Origin: Stegostoma tigrinum
Taxonomy: Eukaryota
Direction of reading: 5' to 3'
Assembly: GCF_030684315.1 (NCBI RefSeq)
Contig: NC_081354.1
Location: 130,983,314 to 131,047,313, forward strand
Length of the DNA: 64,000 nucleotides
The notes below the pieces were generated by a model, which was not told where the DNA came from, did not search any database, and saw only the letters and a list, made by a program, of their open reading frames with translations. The translations under genes were made by a program, and so were the position numbers. Below are positions 38,516-52,257 of the stretch, piece after piece (within the stretch, counting starts at the first letter, position 1; the number at the start of each line of letters is the position of its first letter).

Positions 38516-41290
38516 GCCTCAGAGACATGGTTGCAGGGATTTCAGGACTGGCAGTTAAGCATCCAAGGATTCACAACATAACGAAAAGATGGGGAGGTGG
38601 GCAGATGGGGTGGGGTTGCCTTGTTAGGCAAGAATGAAATTAAATCTAAGGCACTGAATGACATAGGTTCAGAGGATGTGGAGTCTGTGTGGGTGGAGTT
38701 GAGGAACACAAAGGCAAAAAAACCATAATGGGAGTTATGTACAGACCTCCTAACAGTGATCAAGACCAGGGGCGCAAGATGCACCGAGAAATAGATAGGG
38801 CACGTCAGAAAGGCAAGGTCACGTTAATCATGAGGGACTTCAATATGCAGGTGGACTGGGTGAATAATGTTGCTAGTGGATCCAAAGAAAAGGATTTCAT
38901 GGAATGTTTACAGGATGGCTTTTTGGAACAGCTTGTGATGGACCCCACAAGGGAGTAGGCTATTCTGGACTTAGTGCTATGTAATGAGCATGACTTTATA
39001 AAAGACTTTAAAGTAGGGAAACAATTGGGAGGCAGCGATCATAATATGGTAGAGTTCAGTCTGCAGTTTGAAAGAGAGAAGGCAAAATCGGATGTAATGG
39101 TGTTACAGTTAAATAAAGGTAATTACAGGGGCATGAGAGAGGAATTGACGAAAATCAACTGGAAGCAGAGCCTAGCGGGGAAGACAGTAGAGCAACAATG
39201 GCAGGAGTTTCTGGGTGTAATCGAGGACACAGTACAGAGGTTCATCCCAAAGAAAAGAAAGATTATCCGGGGTGGGATTAGACAGCCATGGCTGACAAAG
39301 GAAGTCAGGAAATGTATCAAAGAAAAAGAGACAGCCTATAAAGTGGCCAAGAGCACTGGGAAATCAGACGCTTGGGAAGGCTACAAAAACAAACAGTGGA
39401 TAACAAAGAGAGCAATAAGGAAGGAGAAGATCAAATATGAAGGTAGGCTAGCTAGTAATGTTAGAAATGATAGTAAAAGCTTCTTTCAATACATAAGAAA
39501 CAAACGAGAGGCAAAAGTAGACATTGGGCCGCTGCAAATCGATGCTGGAAGGCTAGTGATGGGAGATAAGGAAATAGCTGAAGAACTTAATAAGTGCTTT
39601 GCATCAGTCTTCACAGTGGAAGACATGAGTAGTATGCCAACAATTAGGGAGAGCCAGGGGGCAGAGTTGAGTATGGTAGGCATTACAAAAGAGAAAGTGC
39701 TAGAAAACTAAAAGGTCTAAAAATTGATAAATCTCCTGGCCCCAATGGGCTACATCCTCGAGTTCTGAGGGAGGTGGCTGAGGGAATAGCAGAGGCTTTC
39801 GTCATGATCTTTCAAAAGTCACTGGATTCTGGGAAAGTCCCAGATGATTGGAAAATTGCTGTTGTAACTCCCTTGTTTAAGTAAGGATCAAGGCAAAAGA
39901 TGGAAAATTATAGGCCGATTAGCCTAACCTTGGTTGTTGGTAAAATTCTAGAATCCATCGTTAAGGATGAGATTTCTAAATTCTTGGAAGTACAGGGTCG
40001 GGTTAGAACAAGTCAACATGGATTTAGTAAGGGGAGGTCGTGCCTGACAAACCTGTTAGAATTCTTTGAAGAGGTAACAAGTGGGTTAGACCAGGGAAAC
40101 CCAGTGGATGTTATCTATCTAGGCTTCAAAAAGGCCTTTGATAAGGTGCCTCATCGGAGGCTGCTGAGTAAGGTGAGGGTCCATGGTGTTCGAGGTGAGC
40201 TACTGGCTTGGATTGAGGATTGGCTGTCTGACAGAAGGCAGAGAGTTGGGATAAAAGGCTCCTTTTCAGAATGGCAACCAGTGACAAGTGGTGTCCCGCA
40301 GGGTTCAGTGTTGGAGCCGCAGCTGCTCACTTTATATATTAATGATCTGGATGAAGGGACTGGGGGAATTCTGGTGAAATTTGCTAATGATATGAAGATA
40401 GGTGGACAGGCAGGTAGTATTGAGGAGGTGGGGAGGCTGCAGAAAGATTTAGACAGTTTCGGAGAGTGGTCCAGGAAATGGCTGATGAAATTCAACGTGA
40501 GCAAATGCAAGGTTTTGCACGTTGGCAAGAAGAATACAGGCATGGACTATTTTCTAAGCAGTGAGAAAATTCATAAAACAGAAGAACAAAGGGTTGGTCC
40601 AGGATTCTCTAAAGGTTAACGTGCAGGTAGAGTCCGTGATTAAAAAAGCAAATGTAATGTTGTTGTTTATCTCAAGAGGGTTGGAATATAAAAGCAGGGA
40701 TGTTCTTCTGAGACTTTATAAAGCTCTAGTTAGGCCCCATTTAGAATCCTGTGTCCAATTTTGGGCCCCACACCTCAGGAAGGGAATACTGGCACTGGAA
40801 TTTGTCCAGCGGAGATTCTCATGGATGATCCCTGGAATGGTAGGCCTAACATACAATGAGTGGCTAAGGATCCTGGGATTGTACTCATTGGAGTTTAGAA
40901 GGTAGAGGGGAGACCTATTAGAAACTTACAAGATAATGTATGGCTTCGAAAGGGTGGGTGCTGGGAAGCTGTTTCCATTAGGCGGGAAGATTAGGACCCA
41001 TGGGCACAGCCTTAGAATTAGAGGGGGTAAATTTAAAACAGAAATAAGGAGACATTTCTTTAGCCAGAGAGTGGTGGGCTTGTGGAATTCATTGCCAGTG
41101 CAGTGGAGGCCGGGACGTTAAGTGCCTTGAAGGTAGAGTTCAATAAATTCTTGATCTCACGAGGAATCAAGGGCCACGGGAAAAGTGCAGGGAAGTGGAG
41201 TTGAAATGCCCATCAGCCATGATTTAAATGGCAGAGTGGACTTGATGGGCCGAATGGCCTTACTTCCACTCCTATGTCTTATGGTCTTAT
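38516..41290 (+). mobile_element. CR1-type LINE, most of ORF2 (endonuclease plus RT) with stops and frameshifts
   Basis: YRPPNS, RDFN, GGSDHNMVEF, NYRPISLT, SGVPQGSVL; tail TATGTCTTATGGTCTTAT. Confidence 0.95.
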
Positions 41291-41498
41291 AATAGGAACT
41301 GCAGATGCTGGAGAATCCGAGATAATAAGATGTAGAGCTGGATGAACACTGCAGGCCAAGCAGCATCACAGGAGCAGGAAGGCTGACATTTAACGCCTGG
41401 ACCCTTCATCAGGGTCTAGGCCCGAAACGTCAACCTTTCTGCTCCTGTGATGCTGCTTGGCCTGCTGTTTTCATCCAGATCTACACCTTGTTATCTCA
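41289..41498. mobile_element. PLE family A hairpin insertion
   Basis: Inverted arms meet at about 41410; TSD TAACTTCAGACC at 38493-38504 and 41499-41510. Confidence 0.85.
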
Positions 41499-41955
41499 TA
41501 ACTTCAGACCAGACTGGCATGGTCTGACATCATGGCCTCCACTACTGGACCTGGGAAAAGGAAGTCCCACCAGTAACATCACCTAGCAGCAATTGCATCC
41601 AGCAGCACCTCCAGGTCCCTGTCCATATAGCAAGGACCCAATTTCCCCTTGTCTGAGGCAAGTGTCAGGCTCTGGGCAGTGTAACTCTGGTTTGTCTGGG
41701 TATGCAACAGGTTATTAAAGATGGCAAGCTGCATAGATGAATTGCACAATTTCTGTGGAGTGTCAAGTTGTTCAGGGAATGACGCATGATAACAAGAGGC
41801 CAAGTTTGGACATGAGAGATGCCATAGGATATGGTTGGTAGCTAATATGGTGAGTGAAAAGACACAGTGAGAGAACTCAATCAGTCTTACAGCTAAAAAA
41901 ATTGGTGAGAAACTCAACACAACTCAGACTTTTTCAAAAACTGTAAGATTCAACC
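41499..41955 (-). mobile_element. Harbinger Myb/SANT relic (continues at about 38410-38504)
   Basis: KGKLGPCYMDRDLEVLLDAIAAR resembles the Harbinger Myb/SANT N-terminus (PRFSDxDLEVLLDAV). Confidence 0.6.
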
Positions 41956-42247
41956 CACAGTTTATTAATTACTAAACGTGAGTAGTAACAGTAAAGCAAT
42001 ACAAATACACACAGTTTCTAAATAAGATGTGAGTCCACATTATAAAGGTTAAAAAATAGTGGATCTGTCTGTGAATTGTTCACAAAGAGCAGATAGATAA
42101 ATCTTGTGGGCATAACCATGGATGAAACTGGTAGCATTTACATTGGCAGTTGAACAGTCGATTTTGAGAATCTTGGCTATGTAGCCGATTGAAATTCTTT
42201 GTTCTGATTCCTTTTGGCAGAGGCTGACTGGCAACACTCAAGGTGAA

Positions 42248-43530
42248 AGATAATACAGTGTGAAGCTGGATGAACACAGCGGGCCAAGCAGCATCAGAGG
42301 AGCAGGAAAGCTTGACGTTTCGGGTCGGGACCCTTCTTCAGAAATGGGGGAGCAGAAGGGGATTCTGAAATAAACAGGGAGACGGGGGATGCGGATAGAA
42401 GATGGATAAAGGAGAAGACAGGGTGAGAAGAGACAGACAGGTCAAAGAGGCAGGGTTAGAGTCAGCGAACGTGAATGTAGGTGGGGAGTTGGGGGGATAG
42501 GTCAGTCCAGGGAGGACGGACAGGTCGGGGGGTGCATGCGGGATGAGGGTAGTGGGTGGGGGATGGGGGAGGGTCTTGATGTGGGAGGAATGGTTAGGGA
42601 GGCGGGGACTAGCTGGGATGGTTTTGGCATGTGGTCGGGGGAGGGGAGATTTTGAAGCTTGTGAAGTCCACATTGATACCATTGGGCTGCAGGGTCCCCA
42701 AGCGAAATATGAGATGCTGTTCCTGCATCTTTCGGGTGGCATCATTGTGGCAATGTAGGTGGCCCAGCATGGACATGTTGTCCGAGGAGTAGGGGTGGGA
42801 ATTGAAATGGTTCGCGACTGGGAGGTGCAGCTGTTTGTTGCGAACAGCACGTAGGTGTTCCGCAAAGTGGTCCCCAAGCCTTTGTTTGGTTTCACCAATG
42901 TAGAGGAGGCTACAACAGGAACAGCAAATACAGTATATCACTTTGACAGATGTGCAGTGACCATCTGTTTGATGTGAAAAGTCTTCCTTGGGCCTGGGAT
43001 GGGGGTGAGGGAGGAGGTGTAGGGGCAGGTGTAGAGCTTACTTCAGTTGCAGGGAAAAGTGCCGGGTGGTGGGGCTGGAGGGGAGTGTGGAGCAGTCAAG
43101 GGATTCGTGGAGAGAGCGGTCCCTCCGGAAATCACATCAGGATGGGGAGGGAAAAATGCCTTTGGTGGTGGGGTCGGATTGCAGATGGCGGAAATGTTGG
43201 AGGATGATGCGTTGGATTTGGAGGTTGGTCGGGTGGTACGTGAGGACGAGGGGGATTCTGTTTTGGTTATTATTGTGGATAGCGGGTGTGAGGGATGAGT
43301 TGTGGGAAATGTGGGAGACACGGTCGAGGGCATTTTTGATCACTGTGGAGGGGAAGTTGTGATTTTTGAAAAAAACAGGACATCTGGGATGTTCGGGAGT
43401 GGAATGCCTCATCTCGGGAGCAGGTGCGACAGAGGCGAAGGAATTGCGAATAGGGGATGGCACTTTTATAGGAAGGTGAGTGAGAGGAGGAATATTCTTG
43501 GTAGTTGTGGGAGTTGGTAGGCTTAAAATG
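42248..43530 (-). mobile_element. 5'-truncated Neptune-type PLE (RT C-terminus, Cys linker, GIY-YIG, terminal repeat)
   Basis: AIPYSQFLRL, RIPLVLTYHP, GTFPCN..YTCPY, IYCICCSCCSLLYIGETKQRLGDHFAEHL; frameshifted. Confidence 0.92.
42311..42344 (-). ncRNA. Minimal type I hammerhead ribozyme (intact core)
   Basis: - strand: TTT-CTGAAGA-A-GGGTCCCGACCC-GAAAC-GTC-AAG. Confidence 0.7.
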
Positions 43531-43917
43531 GACTCAAAGTAAGAGAGTCTTTTCCCTTTCTTTGCCTACAACGCAGGGATGTTTAATATGTTGTTCTCAC
43601 CTGAAAACCTGAGTTCAGATCCTACAATTACCCACAGGCTAGGTTGTATTTGCATATTCCTGGAAGGCCAAAACACAATAACTCTGCAAAAAGTAGCTTT
43701 CTGCTGATGGGGGTTGGGGGCGGGGGGAGAAACAGCATCTCATTATCTCTTCCTTTTATATTTCTCCCTCTGTTAAAGTTTCCTTAACACAGTGCAGGTG
43801 CCAGCATTTATTGTCAATCCCAGTTAAGAATCAATCATATTGCTGTGATCTAGAGTCACTTCATAAAAATTTATCTCATTTCTACCTTCCTTCTCTTCTG
43901 AACAAGAGGTATAAATT

Positions 43918-44050
43918 CATTAGACAATAGACAATAGGTGCTGGAGTAGGCCGTTCGGCCCTTCGAGCCAGCACCACCATTCATTATGATCATGGCTGAT
44001 CATCCACAATCAGTATCCTGTTCCTGCCTTATCCCCATAACCCTTGATTC
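43918..44050 (-). mobile_element. CR1-type LINE 3' tail
   Basis: (TAGACAA)n tail followed by the CR1 3' UTR in reverse. Confidence 0.75.
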
Positions 44051-44469
44051 ACAACATTAACTCCACAGATGTCACCACACACGCTGAGTATTTCTACCAC
44101 ATTCCATTTTTTTATGAATAATGTAAGCATCCACAGCATTTTGCCTTTAACCATTTCATTAAACTAATGTTCTGCTCATTCACTGCTAATGTTCTGCTCA
44201 ATCATTTACCCTTGTTCATCAGTGTCAACCATTATGATGACAACAATCTTATGGCTCAAAATAATCTTAGCGGTGGGGCAAGGAGTTATCTCTAACTTCA
44301 TTTTAATAATAGCTGCTAAGTAAGTGTGTAAGTTGAGATAATGACATTTGATCACAATGGAACCTTGACCTTAGTCTGTAGGATCCCAGAGTTGTCCTCT
44401 CACACCATTTCTTGAATGTAGTTACATAAAAAAACAGTAAAGCCACCATAGTTGGAGCAGGTTAGGGCT

Positions 44470-44640
44470 GCTCTTTGATTAGAGAGAGATGATTATTGTT
44501 GGTTTAACCTGACGGTTACCACGCCTCAAGTAAGAGGAGAGTTTGAGCAGGAGAGTCCTTCATTATAACCTCGTTTGTTGCAGGAATTGAAATGTTGGTG
44601 TCACGGCATTGCCAACAAACCACCCAAGCTAACCAACCTC
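44470..44640 (-). mobile_element. Short SINE-like repeat, family C (second copy at about 49520-49640)
   Basis: TTAGAGAGAGA...GGTTTAACCTGA.GGT.ACCACGCCTCA is shared between the two loci. Confidence 0.5.
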
Positions 44641-45403
44641 CCCACCCCCTTTTATGTATATTGGATAAATGTTGTTGTTTTTCACTGATATGGTGTGGAC
44701 TACCTTCTATCAACAACCCAGACCTAATTTCACTACATCGCTGAACAAGAGCTAAGCCAATGCCCCATCCTTAGCTTTTTATCTTCAAGTATATTTCATA
44801 ATTACATGTTTACATTGAATTCACAACACAGAAACAAGACATCCAGCTCAACTGGTCTTTAAAAGTGATTTTCTATCTGACACAATCATCATTTGTCTTG
44901 GTTTATTTTTATCTAATTCACTTAATATCTGGGTTCAGTATCATCTTCAAGTTGGATAACTCTGTCGGAGTTTTTTGTCTAGTACATTTAATTGAAGTGT
45001 GATGCTTAGATAGGAAAAAATCATGAAAAGATACTTGTTACAAAAACGGGGATCTGTAATCACTCCCTACCTGGTCATAACGGTTGCCAAGCCTATTTTA
45101 CATATTCTGTTCAACAGATGAAAGATTAGATTTCCTGACTTAAGAGCAGTTAAGATCAAGTGAAGAATTGTTAGAGGAGTTCAAGATCATGTTGGATTTT
45201 GATTACAAATAATGCAAAATTATTTCCAGTTCAAATGGTCAGCAAACAGAAAACACAAGATTAAGGCAGTTGTAAAAGGCATGTGACCAGAGGCATGTGA
45301 GAATTTTTTCGGGTTGTTATGATCTGTAATGTCTTCCTGAGAAGTGTGATAGAATCAGGTCCAATAACAACCTTTTAAAAATGGAATTAGACAAATACTT
45401 AAT

Positions 45404-45737
45404 CATAGAATCCCTCCAGTGTGGAAACAGGCCATTTGGCCCAACATGTCCACACTACCCCTCTGAAGAACATCCCATCCTGACACATTTCTCTACCCCT
45501 GCATTTTGCCATGTCTAACCCAAACATTCCTGGACACTACAGATATTTTAGCACGGTCAATCCACCTAGCCTGCACATCTTTGGGCTGTGTTAGGAAACC
45601 AGAGCACCCAGAGGAAATTCTCACAGACACAGGGAGAATGTGCAAACTCCACATGGACAGTTGCCCAAGTTGTGGAATCGAACCTAGGCCCCTGGCACTG
45701 TGAGGCAGTAGTGCTAACCACTGAGCTACCATGCCAG
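45404..45737 (-). mobile_element. HE1-type tRNA-derived SINE
   Basis: A and B boxes on the - strand; TSD CTTAAT (45398-403 / 45738-43). Confidence 0.9.
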
Positions 45738-47243
45738 CTTAATGAAGAACAAATAATTCTAGGCTATGGGAGAAATGTCAGGTCAACGTAAAATTGATTA
45801 ATTCTTTTTAACAAACCAGTACAAAGCGACACAAGTCCTTTACTTCCACTGCATCATTCTGTGAAAACCTTATAAGTTGAACTTTCAAACAGATAGGAAG
45901 GAATGCTTCTGAAAGCAGCATCTAGTAATATAATTACCAAAGAGTTAAATTTATTGCATCGTACTACAAGATCATTGAAACTCTGCTTTGGATTACTGAA
46001 AAATAACACAGTTTTACAGTAATATAAATTCTGATTTTACTGGTTTCATTTCAGTATTTCATCTCAAACCAAAATTCCAAATGTTTAAAATGCTTAAATC
46101 CTGATGGTTCTATGGGAAAAGAGCTTGAGACAACATGGAGCCATTGTTTATTTATTTCATGAATTTTCAATTACTTTGTTATTCCAGTGATGATTTGCAT
46201 TGTTGTAATATTCCATCAGATGAGGATTACCCACAACATTTTAAATTGCTATTTAGTATATTCATCACAGGGCTATTTTTCAGCTATGTATATTGTGAAA
46301 GAATACCTTATTAGATGACCTGTTGGACCTTTGGAATCTCAGTTTTAAGGTGATGTGATGTCTGGCTGCCTGCATCTTTGTAATTTCAAGAAGATGACAA
46401 GATAAATATTTACTTTAGACACAATCAATGTTTGACTATCATTCATTTGCACTGGATATCAAAATTATATCCTTTATATTAGTAATAATAATAACTTTTA
46501 AATGCAAGGCCAGCACAGTACAGTTTGCCAACAATTATTCAGTTTTTCCAAACTTGGTGAGGCATTCCAATAGAAAGCTGTCTCTAACTCTCTCAACCAT
46601 TTATTCTTACAGAGTAAAGCAATTTCTCAGTGATGGATTAGTGCATTCCTTTTGGAGTTCAATGTTTATTTTTCCTTCTTTAACATTCATCCTTGAAGCT
46701 GCAATCAGCAACACACATGTTAAATAACATTTGTTCCCCGATTTTCTAGGTAAAGAGATATTCAGAAGGATGCACAGTGATAATGGAGGAACAGTGATAC
46801 ATTTCCCAAGTCAGGACAGTGAATGGTTGAGAGAAGAATTTGCAGGAGTTGGGATTCAATGTATCTGCTGCCCTCATCCTTGCTGTCTGAGGAGCCTTGG
46901 TGAGTTTCTGCATTTTGTAGATTTCACAGACTACTGGTCCAGTAGTGGATGGCAGTGTGGACTTCATCAAGGTCAGAAAACCACTTTTCTTTAGAATCGT
47001 TGTACAAGTTATGTATCTGACGTAAGTAGACATGACAATGAGATTTTGCTTGAGCTGTAGTTGAAGTGTCATGAGTCTCGTTTATAGTATTGGGGAGTTC
47101 TGACAGTGCTCCTATTCCAGATAGCGAAACCAAATTCCTTTCCAGAAAGACAATGCTGGAAGGACAAATGATATCAACCTGAGAACAGCCGGAGGTTCCC
47201 ACTCTGACAGGCCCAAGCTGAGTGTATGTCGATAGGATATTCT

Positions 47244-48205
47244 GTATGAAGGGACTGTAGGTATTCTGGCAAAGTTTGCCAATGACACGAAGATAGATGG
47301 GCAGGCAGGTAGTACTGAGGAGGTGGGGAGGCTGCAGAAAGATTTAGACAGTTTAGGAGAGTCGTCCAGGAAATGGCTGATGAAATTCAACGTGAGCAAA
47401 TGCGACGTCTTGCACTTTGGAAAAAAGAATACAGGCATGGACTATTTTCCAAACGGTGAGAAAATTCATAAAACAGAAGTACAAAGGGATCTGGGAGTGT
47501 TGGTCCAGGATTCTCTAAAGGTTAACTTGCAGGTAGAGTCTGTGATTAAGAAAGTGAATGTAATGTTGTCGTTTTTCGTAAGAGGGTTGGAATATAAAAG
47601 CAGCGATGTGCTTCTGAGACTTTATAAAGATCTAGTTTGGCCTCATTTAGAATCCTGTGTCCAATTTTGGGCCCACACCTCAGGAAGGACATACTCGCAC
47701 TGGAGTGTGTCCAGCGGAGATTCACACGGATGATCCCTGGAATGGCAGGCCTAGCATACAATGAATGGCTGAGGATCCTGGGATTGTACTCTTTAGAGTT
47801 TAGAAGGTTGAGGGGAGATCTAATAGAAACTCACAAGATAATGTATGGCTTAGAAAGGGTGGACGCTGGAAAGTTGTTTCCATTAGGCAGGGAGACTATC
47901 ACCCTTGGGCACAGCCTGAGAATTAGAGGGGGTCAATTTAAAACGGAAATGTGGAGACATTTCTTCAGCCAGAGAATGGTGGGCCCGTGAAATTCATTGC
48001 CACGGAGCGCAGTGGAGGCCGGGCGTTAAATGTCTTCAAGGCAGAGATTGATAAATTCTTGATCTCACAAGGAATTAAGGGCTACAGGGAGAGTGCAGGG
48101 AAGTGGAGTTGAAATGCGCATCAGCCATGATTAAATGGCGGAGTGGACTCGATGGGCCAAATGGCCTTACTTCCACTCCTATGTCTTATGGTCTTATGGT
48201 CTTAC
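47244..48205 (+). mobile_element. CR1-type LINE 3' kb, same subfamily as 38516-41290
   Basis: Closely similar to about 40350-41290, including the diagnostic PHLESCVQFW; (CTTATGGT)n tail; sits in an older CR1 fragment extending to about 48520. Confidence 0.92.
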
Positions 48206-48805
48206 ATTTCCTCTGGCTGATGTCTCTATAACCAGGGACATAATCTCGTGACACAGGGGAAAGGCCATTTCATAGAGAGATGAGGAGGAATTTGTTCGTG
48301 CAGAGTTTGGTGTATTTTTGGAACTATCTACCTCAGAAGGGTGTGGACCTTTAATCATTGAGTCTGTTCAAGACAAAATTAATAGGTTCTTCGAGACTAA
48401 TGACATGAAGGAAAAGAGATAATACAGGAATGTGGCATTCTGGAGATGATCAGCCATGATCTCATTAAAGGATGGGGCCGGTCTGATGGGCTAAATGGCA
48501 GACTTCTGTTCCTTTGTTCTGAATAGCACTATGTCTTTGCCTAAACAGCATATACTGGAGCAGTTCAATAATACAGCTCAACACCAACTACTCAAGGTAA
48601 TCTGGATTGGGTGATAAATGATGATGTTGTCGTACAAGTCATATTTTGTCAGACTTTTCATGATTTATACACTTGAAGGTCCAATTCTTACATTGCTATA
48701 CATGTTATATATGGGTCTGAAAGGGCTTGAAAGAGTTCATGGGGATTTCTTGCCAAGTACCACCCACTGGGCTGACATCATGGAGACAGGTGGAATGAGT
48801 AACAA

Positions 48806-48865
48806 AGCTTTTGTGCTCCTAAGATGCTGCGTGGCCTGCTGTGTTCATCCAGCTCCACACTTTGT
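48806..48865 (+). mobile_element. 60-bp PLE family A fragment
   Basis: AGCTTTTGTGCTCCT...CTCCACACTTTGT flanked by TAACA (48800-04 / 48866-70). Confidence 0.8.
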
Positions 48866-50199
48866 TAACACCGCAATGAAGTCTGACTTAAGAGAAGACC
48901 CTTTTAACAATGTGTCTAACAACATATACCATATCTTTGTACAGTTAAAGGAGCGGTACAGCTGCAATAAACTATATTTTGTTTGCTAAAAGACATCTTC
49001 TAGTTTGACCAGAAGCTAGCTATCCTCATCCACACAAACTGTGTAGGCCCTGGAGAAACATATGATTAGATGATATAGATGGCAGTACATACACAAGTAA
49101 TGATTTTGAGCCTCACTGCAATACAATACACAGGGCTATATTAAATGATGTACCACAGTGCATCCCCAATATTGTCCTGTTTCCTTCTTTGTCACTAATT
49201 AAAGTGTTTATGCTGCTTACTGATATATAGTTCCATCAGTGCTGACAATCTTTCACACCTTCATGTATGAGCTTCAGCAGTGAGTGTATTTTGACTATAG
49301 ATGACATTACATCTTAGATTTTTGATACCCTTCACCTATAGGTAAGAACTTGCAATTTCTGGAAGAGTGGTCAAATATCCATCAAAAGGGGCAAAACCTG
49401 GATTTTTTTTGTCATTTCGAGTGCAGAAGTATCGAGGCTAATTGCAGTGGCACTACAATTTTCTGACTGATATTATTGTAAAAGTTAATGTTGCATATTT
49501 GTACCAAAGCATATGGCTCCTCTCACATTAGAGACAGACAAATAATAGTGGTTAAACTGGAGGGTCATCGCACCTCACATGGGGGAGAATTTGATTCCTT
49601 CGTGGTAACCTTAGCCAGTATGGGAATTGTACCTATACCGTTAGCATCAACATATCCACTCCTTTGACTAATAGCCATGACTCATTGCCTTGACATATGA
49701 AATGTTTCCTGTCCATTCTGTGAGTTGGGTATCCATTCCTGGCAGCAACATTCCAATGAAAGGTGCTGTGAAGTGCAGCATTGAAGATAAGAAGTATAAT
49801 GTAAGTGGGTTGAAGATGTACCATGGTGTTGCAGTGAAGATGCAGCTATACATCAAGGATGCCGAGGACCTTGGGAGCAGGGTGTGCATGGTCATTGCCT
49901 AGTAATGTGCCCTGAGATGTTGGTGTCTAATGTTCAACATACATGTTGACAGGAACAAATAGTGAACTGGTTAGTGGAGTCACGACATCTAGTTTCTATT
50001 CAGCAGTTAGGAGAATAGGAAACTGTATAATCAATAAAAAGGTTAACTTTTATAGTACAACAGCAAAGTGAAGCAAAAAAAAACAAAAAAGTGCTTAATT
50101 TACTTCTGCAAACAAACAGGGAAAGCTTGCCTTTCAAGCAGCAACAGATCTACAGAACGATCACTTCACCCAACTGTCAGAACTGGAGGTCAACTCAGT

Positions 50200-51440
50200 T
50201 CTGTCTGGCTAGTTGTGCCTACACTGTATCATGCTGAAGGTGATGTTCCTCCTGCACAATATCCTCGCTTTCCACCTCAGAAGACAGCCAAAGCTCTCCT
50301 AGCAGTTCAGCACCCATCACATCCCTCCTCTGCCTGTTCCAGTTGTGGAGGGTAATGTGTACAAGGATTATGTGACACACTCTGTCTGGACTGCACTGCA
50401 TGGCACCCCGGACTGATCCAAGAATCTGATCCTTATCTCCAGCGGCCAATCATCTGATGCACTATGGTCCTAGTGGAAGAACAGGCTGCATTGTATCATC
50501 AATCTGCCTCAGTCAGGGATTGTGTAACAGAGCCATCAGCCATGTTTATAGAGGGTAGCTCCTGTCTTCTGGTACACTGTCCTTGTAAGGCACCTCATCA
50601 CCATCAACAATGCCTGCTCTGCCATCCCTCCACAACTACTTTACCATCATCTACATTGGGCCCAACCAACACTGAAGTCACCGATTCTCAGGCACCCTCT
50701 TTGCAGCTGCTCTGATACTGCTCCACCACCACATCATCTCCTGTGCTCGACCCACCAACATCAAAGTCACGCCTCTCACTGCTGGGCCAACATCATCAAT
50801 ATCGTCATGATGCCCTTCCACCATTGCTTTACTGCCACCAGCACCAAACCCAACCAACAACACAGTCCCTGATCTTCAGGCACCATCTTTTGCTTCTGGG
50901 CCTATCTCACTGATGTCACCTCCACCGCTGTAGCAGCCACCAATTCCTGATCCTGCGCTTGTTCCAGAAAGGCAAGCAGGGGCTCACTCTCCTCTGTGAT
51001 AGGCGTGGCTCGAGGTCTGTGCGCTGGGCTGTCATCACTGCTGACGCTGTCCAAGCTCAGGACAAGGTAAGTGGGTTAAAAAAGAATTAAAGAGGAAAAT
51101 AAGGGGAAAAAAAACGTCAGAGCAGACAAGCTCCAGCACAGGAACACTACTCCACCGCCATCTCAGACCAGAAGCAACTTATGACCACTCAGGTTCAGGC
51201 AACCGCCTATCCCATCAGGTTGCAAGTTCTCCTCCAGCAGAATACACAGTTTTGTGACAATGTCCCACTCTGCAGTGACATTGTGCCTTGCTCGTCTGGA
51301 GGAAATGGCATCGGGGATGATAGACCCTGGGTTTCTGAGGGACCCTTCAGCTGTGATTCCTTCATATGGAGTCCTTTTGGGGCAGTTACAGGACATGGAT
51401 GCCTAACCTGGACATTCGTTCTTCCTCAATGCCCCTGAAC
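50200..51440 (-). pseudogene. Harbinger (HARBI1-like DDE) transposase relic, interrupted at about 50600-51162
   Basis: DIVTKLCILLEENLQPDGIGG (N-terminal); EDRSYPL*TWLM, YNAACSSTRTIV and QCSPDRVCHIILVHITLHN (C-terminal). Confidence 0.75.
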
Positions 51441-52257
51441 CTTTTTTGTACCCCAGCCACAGTGATTATAAATTCCTGCTGTGACTGGATTCATGATTCC
51501 AATGAATCTGCCTGGATAATATCAGAAACAGAACCAGTTCTTGGTAAACTGAGCAGTCAGCATTTGCATCAGTCATAAACAGTAATTTGTTATAGTCCTC
51601 CACATGGTGGGACATGGAGGGTTCTGACAGGATAAGCGATGGAATACGTCTCCGTGGATCTTTAACACAGTGATCTTTATTCTGATGGGTGCAGCACAGG
51701 CCATGTTGCAGAATTACAGTTAGAATTTGTAAATGCAGTGAGATTACTGAAAAGTTGTCCCTCATTCCTCCAATCCCCAGTAAACCAAGAAAGGCCGTTT
51801 TGCATGTAAGAGGATGTTGGTGAATACTTCTAGTTCAAGGTGAGAAGAAATCAACTCCATGCCTTTGTGCAGCCTGGGATTACTTTTGTGAATTGCAGTC
51901 CCCAGGTACCACTTTTAAGATTGCCTGTGACCACTTCTACCTTACACAGATGACTGCCTTCAATCTGCAATGACCAATGAGATGGCCAAGATTGCAAGAT
52001 TTGTATCCCATGTAGATGGACACTGTATGCATTGAACATTCAGGCTCATTTGATTACAGATAACTTCGACTTGGACTGTGTAAGTGCCTGATGTCTGATT
52101 AATAAAATTGCCCTGTGAAGAGCCACACATCACTGACCATTTCAGTCCACATATTCAGAAAGAAAACAAAATTACTCTGCTCACTCCGCATATGGTTGCA
52201 ACCATCTTTTATTTCCATTGCACATTTGCAATTCAGTTGGTAAATAGAACACAACAC

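Noticed and set aside
40375-40400. RT catalytic motif reading FAND instead of FADD here and at about 47275
   Set aside because: Explained by CpG deamination (GCC GAT to GCC AAT or GCT AAT) in dead copies, not a novel enzyme.
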